DNA from: Octopus sinensis
Taxonomy: Eukaryota
Direction: 5' to 3'
DNA: 64,000 nucleotides
Assembly: GCF_006345805.1 (NCBI RefSeq)
Contig: NC_043009.1
Coordinates: 6,510,001-6,574,000, forward strand
Shown: in pieces, positions 48,531-60,610 of the stretch
How positions within the stretch are numbered: the stretch's first letter is position 1
Layout of the letters: every line of letters starts with the position of its first letter
The notes under the pieces: generated by a model
What the model was told of the DNA's origin: nothing
Seen by the model: only the letters and a program-made list of their open reading frames with translations
The model's database searches: none
Program-made: the position numbers and the translations under genes

Positions 48531-49167
48531 GAGTGATTTATTGGTGGGTAGATATGCGTTTCTTTCTGTGAAAAAGACAAAGAGAGAAGAGAAGCATTTC
48601 GTTACATAGATGCTTCCCTGGTTATCTAAAGGAAATTATATAAAATATATTAGTTCTCAATAAATATTTCAACGCAAAGTACTCGCTTGCGAACACGAGT
48701 GCATAACAGGTAAACAGGCATGTGTGTATGTGTGTGTGTGTGTGTGTGTGTACATATAATTTATTTAAACTGAATTGACACCTTACTCGAGTTTCAGACC
48801 GCTGTGATTATCAATCTATATTTTCATAACTATGTTTATGTAGGAGGAGAAAGTGCATGGTTGTATGCTAATAATACTGTCGTAAGATCGTGTTTGGTTT
48901 CTGTTTGCAAAGCACTGGCTTTCTGCACTGTGGGAACCTACTTAAGAATCTATACGGTTATGGTGCACAGCCCGTACAATTAGCTACTATGACATGACAC
49001 TAACATGTTGCAAAGGATATTTAAAGATTCCAACATTTATAAACTGACAACATAGACTTAGCATGCTCTTTTTGTATGCGTTTATATTCAAATGACTATT
49101 TCAAGTGTTTAGTACGAATTTACCAATAGCATTTGTATTCGATTGGCATATGCACGTTAACATATAC

Positions 49168-49416
49168 TAAAGCCCCACTTCGGTCATGAATGACCATGCA
49201 TACCAGCCTCTCCTCTCCACGCCACCGATGTTATCCGAGGGAAAGGCAAAGGGGCCGATACAGCTTGGCGCCAGTGACGTCGCAACTCATTTCTACAGGT
49301 GAGTGAACTGTAGCAACGTGTAATAAAGCGTCTTGCTGAAGAACACGACACGCAGCCCGGTCCGGGAATCGAACTCGCAACCTCGCGATCGTAAGCTCGA
49401 CGCTCTAAACACTGAC
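49168..49416 (-). mobile_element. tRNA-derived SINE family C (V/Meta-like central domain)
   Basis: Minus strand: GTCAGTGTTTAGAGCGTC..GAGTTCGATTCCCGGACC (B box), then GTGTTCTTCAGCAAGACGCTTTATT..CTGTAGAAATGAGT. Confidence 0.75.
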
Positions 49417-49737
49417 ATATACGCCTTCACTATATATATATATATATATATATACATATATATATTTAAAGGGTTGAAAACTGTCTTGCCCACATATTCT
49501 TCTAGTGTCCGCTGAATTTTCCTCTAGAGAACATTCTTTTCTTTGTAGTTTGATCGTAGGTGATCTACTTCTAGCATACGGCTGACCACCTAGTGGGTTT
49601 TTAGCTCTTTAGATATACACATGTATTAGAATTTTTTCTGATTCTTCAGATTTTTGTACGCTAGGCTACTGGTTTTGAATTAATATTAATTAAATTAATA
49701 TTCAATTTATCTCCCTCATTATTTAAATGTTTATATA

Positions 49738-49806
<69 letters not shown>

Positions 49807-50224
49807 ATATTATATATATTATATTATATTATATTATATTATATTATATTATATTATATTATATTGTATTATGTTATATTATATATACGTATATAAATAT
49901 AGATGAATACACACGCATACACATGCACACGCCCTCACAGACTCACGTACGCAGACACACATACACACAGGTATATATATTCATAAATATGTAAATCTAC
50001 AACATATGTAGGAACTTCTGTCTGTAGGTACATTTGTTTGCGGAATTGTTAACTAAGTCCTCCAACATCGTTTTATCGATTTTGATGAACCTTGACACGG
50101 AAGCAGAACTCATGTCTGGAAACCCCAAGGCATACTCAGATTGTTGAAACAATTAATAATAGGGCCCCTGGAAGAGATCCTTATATATAACTAATATATT
50201 TTATTTTAACAGCCAGGGGAAATT

Positions 50225-50445
50225 ACCCATTCATTTTCCACAGCAATTATGTGCGGAGAGATGAGTCGATTACATCGATCCCCTCACCCACCCAGTGTTC
50301 AGCAGATATTTATTTTATCGACCGCGAAAGAATGAAAGGTAAAGTTGACCTCGGAGGAATTTGAACACAGAATATACCAACGGGCGAAATACCGCAAAGC
50401 ATTTCGTTCGGCGCGTTTAATGGTTCTGCCACTTCGCCGCCTTAA
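50225..50445 (-). mobile_element. SINE family B
   Basis: GAATGAAAGGTAAAGTTGACCTCGGAGGAATTTGAAC..GAAATACCGC..CTGCCACTTCGCCGCC on the plus strand. Confidence 0.78.
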
Positions 50446-50544
50446 AAAATGTCAATAAAGCTGTAATGGATAGCATTCCTACTCCTTAGACGAAGGAAGT
50501 AACCACACACGAGCATCAAAATGTGTCCAAGCAGCAGCAGCAGC

Positions 50545-50589
50545 AGTAGCAGTAGTAGTAGTAGTAGTAATAGTAGTAGTAGTAGTAGT

Positions 50590-50629
<40 letters not shown>

Positions 50630-50640
50630 AAGTAGTAGTT
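50545..50640. repeat. (TAG)n microsatellite (also (CTA)n at 44650-44720 and (TAG)n at 36825-36856)
   Basis: Direct reading. Confidence 0.9.
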
Positions 50641-52234
50641 TTGACGGTTGTGCCTCTTGTAGTGGTTGGGTGTCATCGTGGCCATCGTGAAGACGGTATC
50701 ACTGGCGACTTTACTGTATGTAGTGGTAAAACGTATAACACCGCTGTTAAATCGATACCTAGTTAGTCTGTAATTACAGGTGGAACAAATACAATCTTAG
50801 ATATCAAACCGACATTGAAATTCATCGCTCCCTATTTTATAGCATTTTAGAATATCTATACCAGTAATGCACTCTAATGGATTAAATTGTATGCAGTTTT
50901 CCTATATTGCAAAATATCTCCTTAAACGAAGGCTCGAAGAAATCAATATTTCAGATAACCATTCTAGCTTCGGTTGATTCTTCTCCATTTATCCAGTTCA
51001 CATATAGTTTACTTCTGGTGAGAATTCAATTATATTAACAGTATATATTATATTGTCATTTCGGTGGCCCTATATTTCGTATAGGTCACCAGACAAAGCG
51101 TTTCTATGCTTTCTGAAACATTATGCGTTTCGCTTACAAGAAATACACATAAAAAAATGTATTTACTACAAACTGAAAGAGGAGAAAAAAAAAATATTCG
51201 TAAAGTTTCTAGGAAACCATTGTTTCTTAGCGTTTTCTTTTTATATTTTTTACCACACACACACACACACACATACACACACATACATAAACGCACACAC
51301 ACGAACACGAAGACATGCAGACACGCACACACACACATATATATATGTATGTGTGTGTGTGTTTCTACGAATATTTTTTCCGCTTTTGACAATAAAATAT
51401 GCGAATATCTATTTTCACGAAGACGCATTCGATATAAATTTCCTATAATATAATGTCTGCTTACAATAGCACGAATGACACAAAAGAATTATCAGAGAGA
51501 AGAATGATGATGTCGAAGAATCAATCAATCGATGTATATTTTAATAAATATTTCCAGTATCTATGTATTTAACCGACATGAATTAATGTCATATTATTGT
51601 GTGTTTTCCTATTTTTATCATCATTACTCTTTTCTTTTACTCTTGTTCCAGCATAATAATCAATATATACACATATACGTACACATAATGATAAATGTCT
51701 ACATACATATATTAATGTATGAAGCATAGTTGATAGACAGACGAATTCAGTGATAATAAAATTATGTAACAAATCCTACTGGATAAAACTAACTATGGTT
51801 GTATTGTAGCATAATACTAATGACAGTACATTATACTAAAAGGCATATGAATGCAAACTTGTTTTATTTTACAAGATGCAACCTCCTGGCTGTGGGTTTA
51901 TGAAATATGAGACACTAACACAGATCTTGCTTAGAAATGCACTGTGATGGTGGAAATCGTACGTTTTAAAGCTTAATATAGCATTGTTGTTCTTGACTGC
52001 TCTGAGATATCTGTATTGAATTCGGTTGTATCTCTCAAAATTTTAGATTCATCAGTCAGCAGCAAGAAAAACTATGTACACACACACACACACACACGCT
52101 CGCGCGCGCGCACATAGACATCGCAGAAGTAAATAGAAACCACGTAATACATCGCTTTATGTTTATTCTGACTTGTAAAGTTTTATAATTCTTTTATTTG
52201 ACATTTTTATATTTCAGCTTCTTCTTTTGCACAT

Positions 52235-52430
52235 GATGTCATGTACAAAAGGACCCTTGGAAATGAATTTTAAAGGGGCTGTATTGTGGGTCCTTCTGAA
52301 GGCGGACATACCGTAAAATCACAGAAAACCCTGGGGTCATTCCTTCTACAGTTAAAAGAGTGATTGTGCAATTCACCAGAGAAGGGAAAGTGTGCACATC
52401 ACCTCACCCAGATCAACCAGATCCCTCTGA
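52235..52430 (+). mobile_element. Tc1-like transposase N-terminal remnant
   Basis: FKGAVLWV / LG..PSTVKRVIVQFTREGK..PHPDQP resembles the Tc1 HTH and GRP motif. Confidence 0.45.
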
Positions 52431-52657
52431 CATAGTTCAAAGACTTTTTAAACCATCTCATTTATATTAATTTTTATCTCTGAAGAATTTGCTTTGGAGA
52501 TAGTAAGCTAATAACATTGATTGTCTCTTGTAGGGCATGAAATTCAAAAATGCCGACGGTTTCCTTCCCTTTCGCAAAAAAGCGCCATCTATAAATGCAC
52601 AGACTGAATCATTCACATATATCATTACATATGAATATTAGCATATTATTTAACACA

Positions 52658-53085
52658 GAGCTGGCAGAAACGTTTGCATGCCGGGTGAAATGCTTTGCGG
52701 TATTTCGTCTGCCGTTACGTTGTGAGTTCAAATTAAGCCGAGGTCGACTTTGTCTTTCATCCTTTCGGGCTCGATTAAATTAGTACCAGTTATCCACTGA
52801 GATCGATCTAATCGACTTAATCCGTTTGTCTGTCCTTGTTTGTCCCCTCTGTGTTTAGCCCCTTGTGGGTAGTAAAGAAATAAGAATCGTTAGTACGCTA
52901 GGCAAGAAGCTTAGCAGAGTTTCATCTGTCTTGATGTTCTGAGTTCAAATACCGCTGTGGTTGAGTTTCCATTTCATCCTTTTGGAGTCGATAAAATAAA
53001 TACCAGTTGAACACTAGGGTAGATATAACTAACTTGTCCCTTCGCAAAAACTGCAGTGCTTCTGTCAAAATTTGAAACAATTGTT
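52658..53085 (+). mobile_element. SINE B with Tx1-like tail (52658-52881) followed directly by a second SINE B starting inside its A-box region
   Basis: Tail ..CCTTGTTTGTCCCCTCTGTGTTTAGCCCCTTGTGGGTAGTAAAGAAAT, then AAGAATCGTTAGTACGC; AGAA(A/T)CGTT occurs at 52666 and 52883. Confidence 0.82.
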
Positions 53086-53144
53086 TAACATGGAGACACA
53101 CAGTAGTTTAATATTTTACTCATCATAGGTAATTTCTTTCTTAG

Positions 53145-53435
53145 CCCTTTTCAAGCCTAGCCAGGCTCATGGGCCCAGTTTCCCGGTTTCTGTGACGTAT
53201 GAGTTTCCCCCAGCTGGACGGGACGCCAGTCCATCGCAGCGTTACTCAAGAAACAGGAAGAGAGAGTGAGAGAAAGATGTGGCGAAAGAGTACAACAGGG
53301 GTCGCACCCCCCCCCCTGCCGGAGTCTCGTGGAGCTTTCAGGTGTTTTCACTCAATAAACACACACTGGGAATCGAAACCGTGATCTTCCGACTGTGAGT
53401 CCTCTGCCCTAACCACTAGGCCATTGTGCCTTCAC
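53145..53435 (-). mobile_element. tRNA-derived SINE family D (V/CORE-like domain)
   Basis: Minus head GTGAAGGCACAATGGCCTAGTGGTTAGGGCAG..GGTTTCGATTCCCAG; internal TGCGATGGACTGGCGTCCCGTCCAG. Confidence 0.75.
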
Positions 53436-54229
53436 ATTATAGGTAATACAATACTGATTTCAAATTTCGACAGAAGGCCAGCAGTTTCGGTGGAGAAGGT
53501 AAGTAGATTACAGCGACCCCATTGCTATCCGCAGTTTTTTTATTTCTTTATCTAAACCGAAATGATGAAAAGCATATTAGACCTCGGCGTTCACTATATA
53601 TAATACTGTAACATAGTTACTTATTTAGTATACATCCTATGTCGACTAAATCACTTTTAACTAGTATTAGGAGACAAATACGCAGAATCCGTATAAATTC
53701 TCAAAGACATTAGTTATTTCATGCATGATTTTGCCATTTAGACAGATTTTAGAGCGTTAATGAATATTTATATTTCACATAGGATATTTCTTCTACGTTC
53801 CAAATCCACTCAAGTACTCTATTTGTTAATGTTTTTTCTACAGGTATTCTATAGAAATTATAACCAACATTGATTTTTGCTATTGCATTTCATATACGAG
53901 ACGTCAGATGTAAAGACACAATGAGATCGAAGATAAAAATATGGCGTATATGCCATATTTCTCGGGGCTTTGCCCCTATATCAGCATCCATCTGACCCAT
54001 TAATCATTCTCGAAGACATTGTTTACAGAGCCACTATATATATAGCGGTGTAAAGCTATTGGATGTACCAATTTACATATTAAACGCATTCCTGGAAGTA
54101 GGTACATAAATACTAATGATTTGTAGGTGCGTGGTATTTCTGTATGCAACTATACTATACAATAAAGTATAATATAATGTAAAAGAGCACTACTAACGGA
54201 GTAGAAACATTTAATGTAATGTATAGTAT

Positions 54230-54622
54230 ACTAGTAGTATAGCTCAGTGTTGCTCGAGCTTGTTTTCTTTTCGACCCTTTAGAATTGGAAATTTGAAAAG
54301 TAAAACTTTTGCATTATGTAGCTTGTTATTCTCTTTAAGAGAACATTTTTCTGGTTGAAATACACTGAAAAATGGCGACACAGCAGTCAAAAAATCGTTA
54401 AAAAATAGGGATTTTCATAGAAAAAAAGCACCTTTTTTATATAAATAATTTTTGGTGTTAACATGGTCCGATTTGAATTTTTTTTCTACGGAAGGAAGAG
54501 CAAGCCTTCTTCTATCATACTCTCAATTTTGGTCAACTTGTGCCGCAGAGTCTCGTAGGAGATAGTGTTAGTTGAAGGCTACCAAACCTGTCATACACAG
54601 ACAACTTCAGCTTTATATAGAT
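54230..54622 (+). mobile_element. Non-autonomous Helitron/Helentron-like element
   Basis: 5' ACTAGTAGTATAGCTCAGTGTTGCTCGAGC subterminal hairpin-like start and 3' ..ACACAGACAACTTCAGCTTTATATAGAT, as in DINE-1/Lep1-type elements. Confidence 0.5.
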
Positions 54623-54960
54623 GGAGAGAGAGATTATGATTGTATAACGAAATATCACGGAACTACAAATCCTAAGTATCGTTCAAGAACTACAGTGTCA
54701 ATCATTCCCCAAGTCCAAGACCACAACCTATAAGTGAAGAAACATGAGGTGTTTTATTCTGAACGTTGAAGTGAAATTAAATATCTGTTACCCCTCCCCC
54801 ATATTTTCATCAGGTGATTATACATGTTTTCATATTTCCTAGGAAACAAACAAACAACGTTATTAGAATACATAAGAAAAGTAACTGATCCAAATCAGAG
54901 GATCTACTAATGATTTAAACATTTCTAAATATTTTAAACAAATTTATGCAGTAGTGGTAC

Positions 54961-55374
54961 GATAAAGTAGTTTTATACTATCAACTTAATGTGACAGTCC
55001 AATGAAGGGAATCATACAGCTGCTATTTAGCCCTAAGAAGCAGCAACGCTTTCTGTCTGCCTTGACACATTTCCTGTGATCATATGTTTGCAAGGGGGAG
55101 ATAAGCACCTCCACCCAGCTAAACCTGCATCCAGATACCTAGTTTAGATAGGCATCTCCAACTAGCAAGCCATGCTACTCCAGACTGATGACGAGTAAAT
55201 ACTCAGAAACTAGTCTCTGAATGCAGGCTTAGCTGGGTGGAGGTGCTTATCCCCCTCTTGCAAACATAAGGACACGGGAAATGAGTCAAGGCCGACAGGA
55301 AGCGTTGCTGCGTCCTAGGGCTATATCTGTCATGGGATTGTCACATTAAGTTGACAGTATACAACTACTATATC
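54961..55374. mobile_element. Head-to-head inverted repeat (arms 54961-55145 / 55207-55374) of a hammerhead-bearing Penelope-like terminal repeat
   Basis: The arms are reverse complements (e.g. AAGCACCTCCACCCAGCTAA / TTAGCTGGGTGGAGGTGCTT); the 61-nt spacer holds the ribozyme core. Confidence 0.8.
55181..55219 (+). ncRNA. Minimal type I hammerhead ribozyme (canonical core)
   Basis: CAGA CTGATGA C-GAGTA-AA-TACTC-A GAA ACTAGT C TCTG: stem I CAGA/TCTG, stem II GAGTA/TACTC, palindromic stem III ACTAGT, GUC cleavage triplet. Confidence 0.75.
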
Positions 55375-56096
55375 TAATAGTTTTCCTGTTACTGGAGAAT
55401 GGAAGGAAAGAAATAAACATCATATTGTTTACGTAGCTACATATCGATTTTGTTACATACACAATATCGATGGTAGTGTTTATAACTTAGATACAAATTA
55501 TTTCACTTATAGTTTCAATATTTTGTCGACTATATATACATACATACGTACGTACGTATGTACGTACGTATGTATGTATTTATGCCTTTACGTATTTATG
55601 TATTCATGTATATGTCACCACGTGAGTTATTGGAGACTGGAATTATTAGACAATTTCGATTTCCCATTGATCCCAGTTGCACATCAATAGTTACACGTTA
55701 ATGGCGTTGTTGATAAACACTCGCATTATTGTCAGCATGATTAAAAAATGATATTCCTTCAGCATATCGGGTGAATGTCCTAGTGGAAACAATAAGCATC
55801 ACTGGCGGGTTTAGTATGCATTGGTATCTTGTAGGACATTTTCGTTAATTTTTAAAGGCATCCATATAATGGCGTACAATTATACACGCAGTTTTAATAC
55901 TCTCACGCATAATACAGCGGAACGTTTAATATATGACGTTTAGAATGCGAAACTAGTTTGCACTAGACCCAGGTGTACTCGTCTTCAAGTAAGTAGTCTG
56001 GAGCCAACTGAATTGCTTTGCGCAAGGACACAGAACAACTCTCGGTCCAGCAATAAAAAAAGCATGTTCATATTATGAGCCCGACTACGCTAGAGC

Positions 56097-56744
56097 GAAC
56101 TTTAGGTTAGATTAAATATGTTTCTAACACATTTCAACTGCTAAATGTAAATTCGTTGCTGTTACCATGAAGAATAATTTGTTTCTTATAGTAAAAATGC
56201 TCCAAAAACATCATTTCAGTCCAGTGCTGCCACCTGTCGGATTCCCAGACATCGATGTTTCCAGCTTTTTAGTCGTTATCAATGGGATATACCGAAGAGA
56301 GGCAACTCTGGACAGACCTAGTCAAGTTTTAGTGTTAACTAAAATACACTCAACAATATTGACTGATTTATGTCAGTGGTCGGTTAAGGTCGTGGAAATT
56401 ACAGGGATATCGACCCCAAGCAGGGTTTAGGCATATTTCAACTGCTAAACACAAATTCAATGCAGTTATCGTGCATTTTACGTAAAGTCTCGGCTTGATT
56501 GTGTCTCACCAGAGTTGTTTCTGCAGTATTTCTCATTGATGCGGCTAAGAATCTAGAAATATCGATGTCTGGGAATTCGACAGGTGGCAGCACTGGACAG
56601 ATATAGACTTTTTAGAACTTTTTGTTACCATAAGAGAGAATATTTTTCGCCACAGTAACTGAGGTTTATTTGCATTTAGCAGTTCAAATATATCACACAT
56701 ATTTGAAGCGACCTAAAGTTTCCTTATGCCTAAACGCTGCTTGG
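56097..56744. repeat. Fold-back element with ~215-bp inverted arms (56097-56311 / 56509-56722)
   Basis: TCCAGTGCTGCCACCTGTCGGATTCCCAGACATCGAT vs ATCGATGTCTGGGAATTCGACAGGTGGCAGCACTGGA; the spacer holds a further partial inverted copy. Confidence 0.75.
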
Positions 56745-56884
56745 TGCCGATGAGTGTGAGTGTGTGTGTGGTGTGTGTGTGTGGTGTGTGTGTGTATGTG
56801 TGTGTGTGTGTGTGTTTGTGTGTGTGCGCGTCTGTGTGTTTGTATGTATGTGTTGAGTGTATATAAGTACGCATTGAATATATG

Positions 56885-57199
56885 CTCTTTTACTCATTGC
56901 AAATCGACCCCAGGACTTATTTTTGGAAGCCTAGTATTTATTTTATCAGGTCCCTTTTGCCGAACCGCTAAGTTACGGGGACGTAAACACACCACCATCA
57001 GTTGTCAAGCGATGTTGGGGGCACAAACACAGACACACAAACATATGCACACACACATACATATATAAATATATGTATACATATATACGATGGGCTTCTT
57101 TCAGTTTCCGTCTACCAAATCCACTCAAAAGGATTTGGTCGGCCCTAGGCTATAGTAGTAGACACTTACCCGGAACCATGTGGTTGGTAAGCAAGCTAC
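56885..57199 (-). mobile_element. 3' remainder of a SINE A split by ORF1-only copy 2
   Basis: Minus strand starts GTAGCTTGCTTACCAACCACATGGTTCCGGG; head at 59365-59402. Confidence 0.88.
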
Positions 57200-59364
57200 T
57201 TTATTTCAAAACATTTGCCATAAAGGCAGTACACAGATTAAGTTAGCTTTGCGGGCTGGACGAGGGCATTAATGAGGTGAATGATAATGAAAGAAAGATG
57301 ATAAGGATGGGAGAAGACAGAAAGCGCCCGCCGACTTTTGCTTCTCTAAAACATTGTTCTTTTTAAAAAGATAAACACAAAACGAGGTATTAATCCTCTT
57401 ACAATTTTTCAATTTTGGGACTTAAGTCCATTACTAATAATACATATCGTCCTTGAAATAGCTTGTGCCCGCGCCCTCCACCATCAATCACGCCTCCCTC
57501 AGAACGTAGTCAAGTTCCGAGTTCGCGTCGCCCGGGACCAAGTTATAATCTTCATTGAGCTCCTTTAGCCCGAGCGTCACGTCGAACGCCACGGCCTCCA
57601 CAGCTACCTGCGGAGGCCATTCGGGGTCCTGTGTGAAGGCTAAAGGTGCTCCCTTGTAGTGCTCTTCCATCACTTTTTCAATTTCTCCTCCTCTATAGAA
57701 GAGGACCAATACATTCAGTTCTTTCGTTGGCGGCACAGTTTCCGCCAACGGTATTCCTTCTCTTGTCGATGGCACAACCCCAACCGACGTAGTTCCGCGA
57801 CATTCCGGTGCTACACTGACAGCCGGTAATGTCCCGTTTTTCTTCCTCTTTTTCTTTTTTTTTCCCTTTTCCCTTTTCCTCCGTGGCTGGAAGATTCGCC
57901 TTCCTCTCCTCATCCCTATTATCCTTTGGTGAGCACCCATTGTTGCTCACCTTCCTCTTTCGGCCTCTGTTTGAGGAGTCCTCTGCTTTCTCGGCCGTTA
58001 TCGTTCCCTCTTCTAGAGGGGTTTTACTTAACTGTTCCGGGATCCTATTTTGTTCCCGAGGACAGTTCTTCTTTATCTTTATGTGGCCGGATTCCAAGCA
58101 CCGATGACACTTAGGGGGGCGACCCTCAAGCATCACCGGGTACCTGCACCCGGCCATTTTCAAAAAATCTGGAAGAACCAGATTGGCTGATTGGGACCAC
58201 AGGGTCAAAATTGCTTTTGACCCAACCCAAGCAGCCGCAGGAAGAACTTTTACATTGAGGAGCTTAGTTTCGCTGTCACCCAGACCCCGGCGGATAGTCT
58301 CCTCTATCCATTCGGGTTCTATGTCGGGTGTCAGTCCGCAGATCCAAGCTTTCATCAATTTCTTTTTTTGTACGTGGGCAGGAATAAGATTTCCTTACCC
58401 TCCAAGGGTTTGCTAGCAAATTTGCAAGCCTCTTCAGGGGTGTCAAATAGCAACCACACCGTTGCATATTTGACACCCCTGGAAATGAATTTAATTGTTG
58501 GCAAATACTCTTCCAACTCCTTTTCAATTGCCGTCTTTTCGAATAGGGCGATGGTGTCAAGTGCCTTGGAGTAGGTTCTCAACACCACCGTCCTATCTTC
58601 ACGGTCTTTTAACCACTTTTTAGGTGGCATGATTTCCCATTCCAAAATTTTGTTATTTTTCATTGCCATGTTTTTTTAATATATATTCAAATTAAACTCA
58701 AAAGCAGGAAGAAAAAGTTCAAAAGTCCAAATAAAATTTGATAGATTTTTGAAAAAACAAAAAGGAGAAAGCACAACAGAAGGGAAGAAATTAACGGAAA
58801 GTCGCAATAAAGAAAAAAAACAAAAGGGGGGTTTAAATGAAGTTCAAAAGAAAGTTAATAAACAGAAAAAACACAGCAAAAATATTCTGGTCTTGCGGTA
58901 CTCCCGGCCTGGGTTGAACCTGGAACGCCGCAACTGCAACACAACCTCAACAAAATTGGGTCCGAAAGGTAATCCAATAGTGGCTTATTTTTATAATTTT
59001 CTTGCGAAGTACTCTGACAAGGGAATAAATTCAACAAACCCAAACACAGCACTGGCTACCGCCAACGGTAATTTTAACAGTAACTGTATTGAATTCTGAG
59101 GATACGCCCCTCCACTGTTTTTTCTTTTTTTTTCAATGAACACAGAAACGGCAGCCGCCGAGAGCAGGCGAAATTGTCTCAGAGTTGGACACAACCTACT
59201 GAAATAATAATTGGCACGCAATAAATTATGCCCAACTCACAATAAACAAAATCACTTACCTCGACAACTTTCCGTTTTTGGTCTTTTTTCTTTAATTGGA
59301 CAGAGCTGATTGACTCGCGTCCACTCTGGCTGAACAGGAAGCAGCTGACTAATTGCGCATGTGC
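57200..59364 (-). mobile_element. ORF1-only Tx1-type element, copy 2, 2165 bp
   Basis: ORF and 3' UTR near-identical to copy 1; ends in AATAAA at 57200; flanked by GTAGCTT(T)GCTAAC / GTAGCTTGCTTAC. Confidence 0.88.
57434..58669 (-). pseudogene. ORF1 of copy 2 (MAMKNNKILEWEI..CHRCLESGHI..), frameshifts at ~58360 and ~57800-57850, TGG>TGA at 57488
   Basis: ORF-track pieces 58355-58669, 57693-58358 and 57488-57940; the lesions differ from those of copy 1. Confidence 0.85.
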
Positions 59365-59402
59365 GTTAGCAAAGCTACTTACCACACAGCCACTCCTGCG
59401 CC
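59365..59402 (-). mobile_element. 5' head of the split SINE A
   Basis: Minus strand GGCGCAGGAGTGGCTGTGTGGTAAGTAGCTTTGCTAAC. Confidence 0.9.
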
Positions 59403-60464
59403 TATATAAAGTTTTTATTGCAGTTTAAGAAACTATTAGCCAAAATGGGTTGCTGTATATCACAGCTTCTCATGATTATGATACTGTCGTTCATATTTGC
59501 CAATCCGATGCTTGCGGATGAATTGAATAGTCATAACACTTTCACAGTAACACTGTAATCGCCATCTGCATTGCACAAATCTTAGTAATGCTATAATATT
59601 CCGGACCGGTATACAGTTTTACTTAGTTCAATTGTTTACATTACAAGAGCAATAGTACGACCAATAAATTGCTTATGTGAATTAAGACAACTGAACTAAG
59701 TGGTAAAATTCCGAATTTCTCAGAAAAATATGTATATGGGGTGCATAAGAATTAATCAATAGCAAATATTATGTTTCCGGAAATGTGCTTGTTAGGAGTA
59801 TTGAGACTCTTTGTTAGAGAATCTCTTCTCAAAGGACAGATTTACTGCAATTTGGTTTGCAGTCTTGAAAGTAGCATTTCTTACATTTCATGCAGAAAAG
59901 CAATGCCTACTTTACTCTTCGCTTTACCATTTACTAAAGAAGACACTGCTATCTCTGTGTGAGTTTCTTTAGATGTTTTTTTTCAGTATGCACAGACACA
60001 CAAGACTGATACGATTGGATCTCATTAAAGATTCGAAAAACACCATGTTTTTTTTCTTTTATTTTTGCTTCTTTTTTCCTTGTGTTGACTTGGAAAGCGT
60101 TCTTCCTACCAAATTTTGATACTTTGGTCAAAGAACAATAATTGCTGCCAGAGATACTTATCGTCAATTATAACATACTAACTTTACATGCAATCTTATA
60201 TTCGAACATTTGATAATTAAATTTCGCCACGACATAATACGAATCTGTCGGTCAGATTTTTTAAACTGAAGTGTGATGCGATAGGTCAACGAAAATTCAG
60301 AAGTTCTATCAAATGAATAACTACTACATAACGTAATAATGAAAAGAGATTTCTTATTGCTACCAAGTTCCAAGTTTTAGATTAAAGAAATTACAGATTT
60401 ATAATCTTTTTACTATTAATACATGGCCTAAAATATAAAGTCAGAAATGGGTTAGTGGATTACA

Positions 60465-60610
60465 TTCAACGCAGGGATTAACTGGTTCTTTATTTTATCG
60501 ACCCAGAAAAGCAAAATGCTATAGTCAACCTCGGCGGAATTTGAACCGATAACGTAAAGACAGACGATGAGCATTTTGTCAGGCGTGCTAACGATTCTTC
60601 CAACTCGCTG
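60465..60610 (-). mobile_element. SINE family B
   Basis: GTCAACCTCGGCGGAATTTGAAC..GGCGTGCTAACGATTC on the plus strand. Confidence 0.75.

Noticed and set aside
51985-52050. CTGATGA on the minus strand as a third hammerhead
   Set aside because: No GAAA after stem II and stem I is interrupted.
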